Below are positions 1-7,716 of a stretch of DNA of 32,000 nt, one piece after another. Each line of letters opens with the position of its first letter. Positions within the stretch are counted from its first letter, which is position 1. The notes under the pieces are model-generated. The model was given only the letters and a program-made list of their open reading frames with translations, did no database searches and was not told the origin of the DNA. Source of the stretch: Microcystis aeruginosa NIES-843 (lineage in GTDB: Bacteria > Cyanobacteriota > Cyanobacteriia > Cyanobacteriales > Microcystaceae); assembly GCF_000010625.1 (NCBI RefSeq), contig NC_010296.1:3810001-3842000 (forward strand), in the 5' to 3' direction. The translations under genes and the position numbers were made by a program.

Positions 1-1
1 G

Positions 2-1447
2 GATTTAATCAGTAAATCCCTACGTTATCTATTAATTATCGGCACTATTGCCCCCCTAACTTCCTTAGAGGCTCGCCCAGTCCAAGCCACTCCTCCGAGT
101 AGTCCTGCACCCGCTAAAGAGGCGATTGCTCCTATCCCCGCAGAAAGCAAAGAGTACACCCTAGGAGAAGGAGATAAAGTCCGCGTCACCGTCTACCAAG
201 TCGCCGATTTAAGCGGCGATTTCCTTGTTTTAGCCGATGGAACCCTGACTTTACCTCTGATTGGTAGCGTCAAAGTGGAGGGAATGACCGTCACCGAAGC
301 CGGCCAAACCCTCGCTAAACGTTACACCACCTATCTCAAGCGTCCCGTGGTTACTGTTAGCATTCTCACCCCCCGGCCTCTGCAAATCGCCATCGCGGGG
401 GAAGTCAATCGTCCGGGTACTTATACAATTAACCCCGAACAAAGCCAAAAAACGCCCCTATTGACCGAAATAATCCGGCAAGCAGGGGGAGTGACTACGG
501 TGGCCGATATTGGTCAAGTTCAAATCCGACGCAACCTCAAGGGACAAGAACAGCTAATTCAAGCGAATCTCTGGCAATTAATCCAAAAAGGCGATAAAAC
601 CCAAGATATTAGCCTCAGAGATGGCGATAGCATCGTTATTCCCACTAAAACGACCCTTAGCGTCGGGGAAGTCAATCAATTAGCCGATGCCAATTTTGGA
701 CTAGATAGCGATCGAGAAATTAATGTTACTGTGGTGGGAGAAGTTTATCGTCCGGGGTCCCATCGTATTGTCCCCACTGCCAACAATAACAATAACAACA
801 ATAATGACCAAGATCGCGGCGGCACCAGGAAACCGGCCCGACTAACCCAAGCTATCCAACAAGCGGGAGGCATCAAACCTCTGGCCGATATCCGACAGGT
901 ACAAGTGCTGCGTTATACTCGTGACGGTTCCCAGCAGAAAATCCCCGTAGATCTCTGGAGTTTGCTCGATAAAGGTGATATGACCGGCGATATCTTTCTT
1001 CAAGAAGGTGATACGGTGATTATCCCCACCGCTACTGAAATCTCGGCCAAGGAATCGGAAACCCTAGCATCGGCCAGTTTTGCCCCTAAAACCATTAACG
1101 TGAAAGTGGTCGGGGAGGTGAAAAAACCGGGGACAATTGAAGTTCCTCCCAATACCCCTCTCAATCAGGCAATTTTAACCGCAGGAGACTTTGATAAGCG
1201 TCGGGCCAATCAGTCCACAGTGGAATTAATTCGTCTCAATCCTAACGGGACCGTTACCAAAACCTCAATTAACATCGATTTTTCCCAGGGTATCAACGAG
1301 AAAACTAACCCGATTCTCCGCAATAATGATGTGGTTGTGGTTCATCGTAGCGGTCTGGCATCTGCTACCGACACCCTCGGCACGGTTTTAAGTCCCTTTA
1401 CCGGTCTGACAGGCCTCTTCAACGGATTTTTAAATCTTTTCCGTTAA
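2..1447 (+). CDS. wza: Polysaccharide export protein, Wza/GumB-like (Poly_export N-domain + SLBB repeats); 5' end lies outside the window
   Basis: The frame is open from nt 2 with no stop before 1445-1447. Upstream of the track ORF's first Met (275) it reads ...SLRYLLIIGTIAPLTSLEARPVQA...YTLGEGDKVRVTVYQVADLSGDFLVLADGTLTLPLIGSVKVEGMTV, a signal-peptide-like stretch plus the classic Poly_export motif. Three GEVxxPG(T/S) beta-grasp modules follow (GEVNRPGTY, GEVYRPGSH, GEVKKPGTI). Confidence 0.9.
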   Translation, partial: DLISKSLRYLLIIGTIAPLTSLEARPVQATPPSSPAPAKEAIAPIPAESKEYTLGEGDKVRVTVYQVADLSGDFLVLADGTLTLPLIGSVKVEGMTVTEAGQTLAKRYTTYLKRPVVTVSILTPRPLQIAIAGEVNRPGTYTINPEQSQKTPLLTEIIRQAGGVTTVADIGQVQIRRNLKGQEQLIQANLWQLIQKGDKTQDISLRDGDSIVIPTKTTLSVGEVNQLADANFGLDSDREINVTVVGEVYRPGSHRIVPTANNNNNNNNDQDRGGTRKPARLTQAIQQAGGIKPLADIRQVQVLRYTRDGSQQKIPVDLWSLLDKGDMTGDIFLQEGDTVIIPTATEISAKESETLASASFAPKTINVKVVGEVKKPGTIEVPPNTPLNQAILTAGDFDKRRANQSTVELIRLNPNGTVTKTSINIDFSQGINEKTNPILRNNDVVVVHRSGLASATDTLGTVLSPFTGLTGLFNGFLNLFR

Positions 1448-1512
1448 AAAAGTTTACTTTACCCGGATGTCAATAGCTAAGTAATCGAGCTAATAATAGA
1501 TATAGAAACGGC

Positions 1513-1540
1513 GAAAAGTCGTGAGCAGTCACGGCTTTTC
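1513..1540 (+). terminator. Hairpin downstream of the wza-like gene (possible intrinsic terminator)
   Basis: GAAAAGTCGTGA-gcag-TCACGGCTTTTC: 12-nt arms with one mismatch and a 4-nt loop. The 3' arm ends in CTTTTC. It lies about 66 nt after the stop codon. Confidence 0.45.
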
Positions 1541-1567
1541 TGCTCAAGAGACTCAGGAAAGAAAACT

Positions 1568-1744
1568 ATGATTTTTCTCCTTACTCTAGCCCTAATCTCC
1601 CTGTCGATTAGCTACAATGTTCACGGCGAAATAATTAGCCTCAGTACCTGCTTATTAGGTCTTTTTTGTGGCTTATTAAGTTTGTTCTTTACACCCCTAC
1701 TGGTAAAAGTTTTTATCCTTGTCACTTTAGTCCTCTTTAGCTGA
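1568..1744 (+). CDS. Small hydrophobic (two-TM-like) protein, 58 aa; not in the ORF track (below its length cutoff)
   Basis: ATG at 1568 preceded by AGGAAAG. Translation is MIFLLTLALISLSISYNVHGEIISLSTCLLGLFCGLLSLFFTPLLVKVFILVTLVLFS with an in-frame TGA at 1742-1744. It fills the gap between wza and the reductase on the same strand. Confidence 0.4.
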   Translation: MIFLLTLALISLSISYNVHGEIISLSTCLLGLFCGLLSLFFTPLLVKVFILVTLVLFS

Positions 1745-1805
1745 GATTTTAAACCCTAAACTCGACTAAAACCCTAAGCATACTTAACCCATCAAAAAAA
1801 CTGTT

Positions 1806-2765
1806 ATGCAAAAACGCTATCTCGGTCAGACTAATATAGAAATTACTCCCCTTCTCGTGGGTACTTGGCAAGCAGGAAAAAAGATGTGGGCAGGTATTGA
1901 AGATGAGGAAAGTATTAAAGCCATTCGTGCCGCTTTTGAGGCAGGAATTACCACTGTAGATACAGCCGAAATCTACGGGGAAGGTCACTCGGAATTGATT
2001 GTCGCTCAAGCTTTAGCCGATGTGCGAGAACAGGTAATTTATGCCACAAAAGTTTTTGCTAATCACCTCAAATATGAGCAAGTTATCGCAGCTTGCCATC
2101 GCTCTTTAAAAAACCTCCAAACTGATTATATCGATCTTTACCAAATTCATTGGCCTAGTGGCTCATGGAACACGGAAATAGTGCCTATTTCTGAAACTAT
2201 GGCCGCTCTTAATTATCTGAAAGCACAGGGAAAAATTCGCGCTATAGGGGTTTCCAATTTCTCCCGCTCTCAACTGGAAGAAGCTGGTCAATACGGCAGA
2301 ATTGAGAGTATTCAACCTCCCTATTCTCTCTTTTGGCGCTCGGTAGAAAAGGAAAATATGCCCTATTGTATAGACAATAATATTTCTATTCTAGCCTATT
2401 CTCCCCTTGCCCAAGGTTTATTAACAGGAAAATTTAGAAACGGTTATCAGTTGGCAGCGGAAGACCATAGAATTAAAAATAAACTCTTTCATGGCGAAAA
2501 CTTTCAGAGGGTACAAGCGGCTTTAACTCAATTAGAACCGATTGCTAACCGCTATAGTTGTTCCCTAGCTCAATTATCTCTGGCTTGGTTAATTAAGCAA
2601 CCCCAAACTAATGCAATTGCTGGGGTAAGAAATGCCGCTCAAGCAGTTAATAACGCTCAAGCAATGACAATTAATTTAACCCCAGAAGACCTAAAATTAA
2701 TTGATAATATTGGTAAACAGGTAACTGATTTCTTGGATGATAATCCCGTGCTGTGGGATTTCTAA
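1806..2765 (+). CDS. Aldo/keto reductase family oxidoreductase
   Basis: 319 aa with family hallmarks: LGQTNIEITPLLVGTWQAG, VDTAEIYGEGHSE, IDLYQIHWP, IGVSNF, QPPYSL. Confidence 0.9.
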   Translation: MQKRYLGQTNIEITPLLVGTWQAGKKMWAGIEDEESIKAIRAAFEAGITTVDTAEIYGEGHSELIVAQALADVREQVIYATKVFANHLKYEQVIAACHRSLKNLQTDYIDLYQIHWPSGSWNTEIVPISETMAALNYLKAQGKIRAIGVSNFSRSQLEEAGQYGRIESIQPPYSLFWRSVEKENMPYCIDNNISILAYSPLAQGLLTGKFRNGYQLAAEDHRIKNKLFHGENFQRVQAALTQLEPIANRYSCSLAQLSLAWLIKQPQTNAIAGVRNAAQAVNNAQAMTINLTPEDLKLIDNIGKQVTDFLDDNPVLWDF

Positions 2766-2839
2766 AAATTATGCAGCAGTTATCCTAAGGGTGAGGATAG
2801 AAGTTTTGGTGGGTGCATCTCAACACAACTCTCAACTCT

Positions 2840-2961
2840 GGGAGCATCTCACCTTTGTAACCCCTAAATCAGGTTTTTATGTCAAGCTATTTTGAAAGCC
2901 TTGCTGGAAACCAGTTTTAGGTATAAATATAATTACTCACTTGCATAAATGAGATGCTCCC
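2840..2961. mobile_element. 122-bp MITE-like element with 12-bp terminal inverted repeats GGGAGCATCTCA / TGAGATGCTCCC
   Basis: Perfect 12-nt inverted termini at 2840-2851 and 2950-2961. It is flanked on both sides by TCTCAACTCT, which could be a 10-bp TSD or part of a CTCAACT heptamer tract. A related terminus GGGTGCATCTCA occurs at 2811 and its complement at 3331-3343. Confidence 0.55.
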
Positions 2962-3209
2962 TCTCAACTCTCAACATTTGCAGAAATACCGACAATAAGC
3001 AATTATCAGTGACTCTTAAATTGGTACAAAAATATGAACAATCGCGTCTAAGCATCCCACCGAAAAACTAATGCGCTCCGGGGTTTGGGGGCGGCGCCAC
3101 GACCCCAACGGGGGGTTTGGGGGGTTCTACCCCCCAAAAGCTTGGATTGAGTGATAAAATCGGAAGTAACGCCCAATTTTAAAAGAGAGTTTCCCTTTAA
3201 AAATCCCAA

Positions 3210-3336
3210 CTTAGTAGATTTACGAAAGTGAGATTCAGTTCCTGTTCTTTGATTGTAACTGGCTACTTAGTTGATGATAGGTGGTGCGTTAGTAACGCAC
3301 CCTACGTTTTACTTAGTAGATTTACAAAAGTGAGAT
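3210..3336 (+). repeat. Two copies of a 25-nt direct repeat CTTAGTAGATTTAC(G/A)AAAGTGAGAT (3210-3234, 3312-3336)
   Basis: 24/25 identical by eye. The second copy continues into GCACCC, the inverted partner of GGGTGCATCTCA at 2811, which suggests two MITE right ends. Confidence 0.6.
3283..3301. repeat. Near-perfect palindrome GGTGCGTTA-g-TAACGCACC (member of a small hairpin-repeat family)
   Basis: 9-nt arms that are exact reverse complements. A sibling GGTGTGTTA...TAACACACC lies at 20595-20620. Confidence 0.6.
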
Positions 3337-3367
3337 GCACCCTATTTAATTCTCAGGAAAAAGCCTG

Positions 3368-3373
3368 TATAAT
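3368..3373 (+). promoter_or_regulatory. Consensus -10 hexamer TATAAT 39 nt upstream of the 191-aa gene
   Basis: Exact TATAAT with no convincing -35. Position only. Confidence 0.3.
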
Positions 3374-3411
3374 GACAGCTATAGTCCGATTCTTATCGCA
3401 GGATTATACCT

Positions 3412-3987
3412 ATGGCTAAATCCAAAAAACACAATCTGCAATGGATCAAAGAAACCCTCGATTTAAATCCAGATCATAACTGGAAATCTAGTCCGGGTAA
3501 TAGTATTTTTGTAGCTGGTCGCGGTGCAGTGCGCTTTGAAGTTCCCCAAGATTGGCATTTTGAACCCGATGATAATTCCTTTCGTTTTTTGGATAGAAAA
3601 CCCCCCGATGATGATTGTCGTTTAGAGGTTTCCTATAATTTACTTCCCCCCGGAGATTGGAAAGAATTACCCCTAAAAGGAATGGTCAAAAAGTTAGCTC
3701 GTGAAGATAGCCGCAATCCTCACGAAATTGGCGAAGTTATCCAAGAAAAACGCCAAACTGCGCGCATTGTTTGGGTGCAAATTCAATTCATCGACCCCCA
3801 AGAAAATCGGCCAGCTTATTCGCGCATTGCCGTGGGCATTGGTTCCGGGGTTCAATGTTTAATTACTATGGATTATTGGGTCGATGATGCGGAAAAATTC
3901 ACCCCCGTCTGGGATACGGTTATCTCCTCCCTGGTGTTAGGTTTATACATTCGCGATCCCCGCAGCGGTTTAGCTTTCCCCGACTAA
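3412..3987 (+). CDS. Hypothetical protein, 191 aa (no family recognised)
   Basis: Long ORF with plausible composition. Its last 93 nt recur at 16468-16560, so it is a real conserved unit. I recognise no catalytic motif. Confidence 0.7.
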   Translation: MAKSKKHNLQWIKETLDLNPDHNWKSSPGNSIFVAGRGAVRFEVPQDWHFEPDDNSFRFLDRKPPDDDCRLEVSYNLLPPGDWKELPLKGMVKKLAREDSRNPHEIGEVIQEKRQTARIVWVQIQFIDPQENRPAYSRIAVGIGSGVQCLITMDYWVDDAEKFTPVWDTVISSLVLGLYIRDPRSGLAFPD

Positions 3988-4255
3988 AGGTAATAGCAAT
4001 TTTGTAGGAAAATTTCCTTGACAAAAAACCTTAATTGTGATAAAGGAAAAATTGATCGCTCGACTCTGGTGGGGATAAGTACCTAAGCAAAATTAATTAC
4101 ACATATCTAACCCCCCCTTGCCTCTTGGCTCCTGCATGAGTGCCTTTCTTCACTAGGAAATTTATTTTGCACGACTACTTAGCTGCCGGTTCCCGCATTG
4201 ACGGGATGTGCAGGAAAGCAAGAGGCACTGAGACTTAAGCGCAAGCTATGACCTT
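3970..4255 (-). pseudogene. Dead 3' stub of a CocE/NonD hydrolase gene (last ~60 codons), split by a MITE
   Basis: Matches the 3' end of the intact hydrolase gene (16543-16724), including its stop codon. There is no upstream coding continuation beyond 4255. Confidence 0.75.
4078..4179. mobile_element. 102-bp MITE, termini AGTACCTAAGCAAAAT ... ATTTTGCACGACTACT, TA target-site duplication
   Basis: Present in the left copy of the 257-bp duplication and absent from the right copy, which has the empty site GGGGA-TA-GCTGCC at 16649-16650. TA is found at 4076-4077 and 4180-4181. A sibling copy lies at 31158-31244. Confidence 0.8.
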
Positions 4256-4257
4256 TA

Positions 4258-4285
4258 AGTACCTAAGCAAAATTAATCACATATA
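4258..4285. mobile_element. Solo left terminus of the same MITE family (TA + AGTACCTAAGCAAAATTAATCAC...)
   Basis: Same first ~25 nt as the elements at 4078 and 31158. No matching right end was found nearby. It sits exactly at the island-side edge of the 257-bp duplication. Confidence 0.45.
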
Positions 4286-4367
4286 CATGAGTTAATCTGA
4301 GAGACAGTTCATTCGATATGCGATTACCCTGTAATACTAAATCCTGTTTAAAAGGGATAGAAGAGTG

Positions 4368-4388
4368 GGGAGCAGGGAGCAGGGAGCG
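4368..4388. repeat. Heptamer tandem repeat (GGGAGCA)x3, STRR-like
   Basis: GGGAGCA GGGAGCA GGGAGCG read directly. Confidence 0.8.
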
Positions 4389-4846
4389 GGGATTAGTGAG
4401 AGGAAGTTCGAGGATTTGTACTAAAATTCCCAATAGGCAGTTTAAATGCAGTACAGCTTACAGCATTTCTCAGATAGATGAGGTTTGCTCTTGCATCTGA
4501 AATACTTGATTAGCAAGGAGCAGTCTGTGCTTCACCTTTACGAGAAAGGCTGTATATAAAACTTTCTAGTTTTGACCGTTAAAACTGGATTTCGATAGTA
4601 ATCAACTCCCTAACGGGGGAAAGAAGACGAAGGCAATTAATCCCTACAGCAGTGTCTTTTTGCTCCTATAAAATAAAGCTTAATATCTCTATCTAAAGGG
4701 ATATGATTAATTTTCCTAGCTCCTATAGAATAACCAGTAAGAGATGAGCAAAATATGAAAGCATATAACTGACTGTCTAAAGTTAAATTATTCTTCCTCG
4801 ATACATTTCTTGAATTTAAACCTCAGTCATATATATGAATACCCTA

Positions 4847-4970
4847 AGTACAGGACAAAAAATAATTTCTTCTCTGGCAAAAATGGTTCCAAGCTTTATC
4901 TGGAGAGACTTTCGGGATTATGTTCCAAAAGTGCTACCGTGCAAGGCTTTCAAAGATTTTGTCCTGTACT
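4847..4970. mobile_element. 124-bp MITE with perfect 14-bp terminal inverted repeats AGTACAGGACAAAA / TTTTGTCCTGTACT
   Basis: The termini at 4847-4860 and 4957-4970 are exact reverse complements. TA lies at the left flank and GA at the right. It shares the AGTAC tip with the 4078 family. Confidence 0.7.
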
Positions 4971-5103
4971 GAGATGAATACCTTCATCTGTAATTAGCAG
5001 GGCTAACCCTTTGAAATTATCACCGATATTAGCAAGGAAATTATCTACAATCACCATGCTATTAAACCTTTGTCGACCAATTATAAACTAGGATAAAACA
5101 CTG

Positions 5104-5544
5104 ATGAAAGTCCTATTAGTTGCCTCGACGGGAGGTCATTTCCAAGCGATGCAAAAACTGCGACTTTTTTGGGAAAACCACAATTGTTGTTGGGTCACTT
5201 TTCGTACCCCCGAAACCCAAGAAATCTTGCAAGACTATCCAGTTTATTGGGCTTATGCCCCGACTAATCGCAATATTCCCAACCTATGGCGTAATTTTGT
5301 CTTAGCAGCCCAAGTTCTTCTCAAAGAACGTCCTCAATTAATTTTATCTACAGGGGCAGGAGTTGCCGTTCCCTTTATCATTTTGGGCAAGTTATTGGGA
5401 TGTAAAACAGTCTTTGTTGAGTCTTTTACACGGGTTGAAGCTCTCAGTTTATCGGCACGATTAGCCCAACCGTTTTTAGATGTTATCTATGTGCAGTGGG
5501 AACAGCTAAAACAACGTTATGCTAAGACCGAAATGGTAAATTAA
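5104..5544 (+). CDS. Alg14-like / Cps14F-like glycosyltransferase membrane-anchor (enhancer) subunit
   Basis: KVLLVASTGGH...WVTF...PTNRN...STGAGVAVPF...VESFTRV...VQWEQL closely follows the Cps14F/Alg14 pattern as I remember it. It lies directly upstream of the Alg13-like partner. Confidence 0.85.
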   Translation: MKVLLVASTGGHFQAMQKLRLFWENHNCCWVTFRTPETQEILQDYPVYWAYAPTNRNIPNLWRNFVLAAQVLLKERPQLILSTGAGVAVPFIILGKLLGCKTVFVESFTRVEALSLSARLAQPFLDVIYVQWEQLKQRYAKTEMVN

Positions 5545-5553
5545 CCGATATTT

Positions 5554-6105
5554 ATGGCAATTGTCGAGGAAAATACTATGATTCTAGTCACTGTCGGTAC
5601 AGAGCAGTATCCTTTTAATCGTCTGATGGAATGGATAGATAGTTTAATCAAACTAAGTATAATTTCTCCAGAAGAAAAAGTGATTGTCCAATACGGTTCT
5701 TGTACCCATTTACCGAAAAATGTGGAAGCATACCCGATTTTGCAGCCAACAGAGTTTCAAGACTTAGCCCAAAAAGCCCGTTTAATTATTGCCCATTGTG
5801 GAGAAGGAACGATTGATTTATTGGCGACCTTGAAGGTTCCCTTTATTTTAGTTCCCCGTTCCCATATTTTCGGTGAACACGTTGACAATCATCAACTAGA
5901 ATTAGCGGCAGCTCTCCGGCTGAAAGGAATTTGTATTGCCCAATCGAAGCAGGAATTAGCTTACTTTGTCAGTGAGCCTAAACTGACCAGTTTAGGGAAA
6001 GCTCCCACGGATTATTATCACGATATCTGTGATTCTTTAAGTCAACGCTTTCAGGATAGGGCTCTCTTATTCCTCTTATTGTGTGATCAGTTTAACTTAC
6101 TATAG
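5554..6105 (+). CDS. Alg13-like / Cps14G-like glycosyltransferase catalytic subunit (Glyco_tran_28 C-terminal type)
   Basis: MILVTVGTEQYPFNRL...HCGEGT...VPR...GEHVDNHQLELA is the Alg13/Cps14G signature. The real start may be the ATG at 5578 (MILVTVGT). Confidence 0.85.
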   Translation: MAIVEENTMILVTVGTEQYPFNRLMEWIDSLIKLSIISPEEKVIVQYGSCTHLPKNVEAYPILQPTEFQDLAQKARLIIAHCGEGTIDLLATLKVPFILVPRSHIFGEHVDNHQLELAAALRLKGICIAQSKQELAYFVSEPKLTSLGKAPTDYYHDICDSLSQRFQDRALLFLLLCDQFNLL

Positions 6106-6580
6106 AAGCGATCAATCTTTGTGTCCTCTGTGTCTCTGTGGTTCCTTCCACTCGCTCGCCAGCAGGACTGTATCTTAGAATACATTTTACCCACCAAACT
6201 CAAGAGAGCCAGGATAGTTACGAGCCTCGTCTAGCTTCTACTTGGCGGAAAGTATCTCTCTCTAGAAAACTCCGAAAAATTTCCGAGGGATTGTTTGTAG
6301 AAATCAGCTACCTGTGGAAAAACCTTAGCCGCTATCTCCACTTTTCCTTTCTTCAGTCCTGTCCTTTAGGAATGTCTTCACTTTAAGACCTGGCACTATA
6401 TAAGAGGGAAAACTGTCTATTAACTGTCTATTAATTGACGCAATTGTGATTAAAATCACGGTTAGATCGAGGTAAGTCTGTTTCAGTAGATTTATATTTT
6501 CCAGTGATTTAACACTCACTTGTCTTCAGACAACTTATAATTTATTCTTTCCAAAAGTCAACTATTTTTAGGAATCAACT

Positions 6581-7705
6581 ATGGCTAATCGATTAAGAGT
6601 GATCATGCTCGGACCTGATCCCCACGAACAGGGCGGCATGGGGTCAGTGGCTTCTTTGATTTTAAATACACCTATACCCAATATTAAAATTCAATATTTG
6701 TCCACTTGGAAAGCTTATTCGGGCAAGGCAAAAATCGGCAATTTGTTGCATTTAATTGCCACCTTTAACCAAGCATTTCTGTCTTTTTTGCGCCTGTTAT
6801 TGCAGGGAAAAGTTGACGTAGTGCATCTTCACCTCTCGGAAAGGGGCAGTGCTTTAAGAGTCAGTATTATGATGGTCTTTGCCCTGATTTTTCGTAAACC
6901 GATTATTATCCATGCCCACGGTTGTGAATTTCATGAATTCCACGATAACTTAGCTGCACCTCTGAAAAAAAGCTTGGATTGGCTGCTACAACAATGCACC
7001 TATCTGATTGCCCTATCCCAAAGCTGGCAGAATTATTATATTTATCATTGTGGCCTAAAAAGTTCTCAGGTTTTGCTCCTAAATAATCCCGTACAGCTGC
7101 CCGCCCAAATTCCCGAACGTCAAAACAGACAGCAATTAAATTTAGTTTTTTTAGGTAGAATAATTCAACGCAAGGGAGTATACGACCTCCTGCACGCTCT
7201 CGCCAGACTAAGCCAAGAATCCCTAGGCAAAATCCATTTAATTTTAGCGGGTAGCGGTGAAGTTGACCAAGCTCAAGCTCTCGCCCAAGATTTAGGCATA
7301 GAACCATATATTAGTTTCCCTGGTTGGATTAACCCCCAAGAACGCGAGCAGCTCCTTGCCCAAGCAGATATTTTTCTGTTACCTTCCTACAATGAGGGGC
7401 TACCCATGGCCCTTTTAGAAGCCATGAGTTGGGGACTAGCGGTAATTACTACACCCGTGGGCGGCAGTGGCGAAGTTGTAATTCACCAACAGACAGGTTT
7501 ATTGGTTAATCCTGGCGATAGGCAAGGATTGGCAGATCAGTTGGAATTATTGGTCAATAATGAATCACTACGCCTAAAATTAGGGAAAAATGCCCGAGAG
7601 TTCGTTACTCCTTTGGATATCAATAACTACAATAGGTCTCTTGCCAACCTATACCAATTAGCCCTTAGAGCAGCCAAATCTTTGGCTGTAGAACCAAGTT
7701 TTTAG
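6581..7705 (+). CDS. GT4-family (group 1) glycosyltransferase
   Basis: 374 aa with the C-terminal EGLPMALLEAMSWGLAVITTPVGG E-x7-E motif region. Confidence 0.88.
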   Translation: MANRLRVIMLGPDPHEQGGMGSVASLILNTPIPNIKIQYLSTWKAYSGKAKIGNLLHLIATFNQAFLSFLRLLLQGKVDVVHLHLSERGSALRVSIMMVFALIFRKPIIIHAHGCEFHEFHDNLAAPLKKSLDWLLQQCTYLIALSQSWQNYYIYHCGLKSSQVLLLNNPVQLPAQIPERQNRQQLNLVFLGRIIQRKGVYDLLHALARLSQESLGKIHLILAGSGEVDQAQALAQDLGIEPYISFPGWINPQEREQLLAQADIFLLPSYNEGLPMALLEAMSWGLAVITTPVGGSGEVVIHQQTGLLVNPGDRQGLADQLELLVNNESLRLKLGKNAREFVTPLDINNYNRSLANLYQLALRAAKSLAVEPSF

Positions 7706-7716
7706 TACCTAAATTT

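Larger units (their letters stand above)
3895..4255 (+). repeat. Left copy of a 257-bp direct duplication (interrupted by a 102-bp MITE + TA)
   Basis: After removing 4078-4181 it is colinear with 16468-16724, with about 11 mismatches in my hand alignment. Confidence 0.85.

Noticed and set aside
3228-3419. 63-aa ORF upstream of the 191-aa gene
   Set aside because: It is composed entirely of MITE ends, a palindrome and direct repeats, and it overlaps the likely promoter of the next gene.
4318-4500. 60-aa ORF in the island leader
   Set aside because: It runs through the GGGAGCA heptamer array and MITE-like sequence, with no start context or motif.
5120-5305. 61-aa ORF in an alternative frame inside the Alg14-like gene
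   Set aside because: It is fully embedded in a gene with strong family similarity, and its translation is basic and low-complexity.
6138-6519. ORFs 6138-6386 (+) and 6325-6519 (-) in the gap between the Alg13-like gene and the GT4 gene
   Set aside because: There is no recognisable domain, they overlap each other, and the region reads as regulatory or repeat DNA. It is kept as non-coding with low certainty.
6906-7307. 133-aa ORF antisense to the GT4 gene
   Set aside because: It is embedded opposite a well-supported glycosyltransferase and has no motif.
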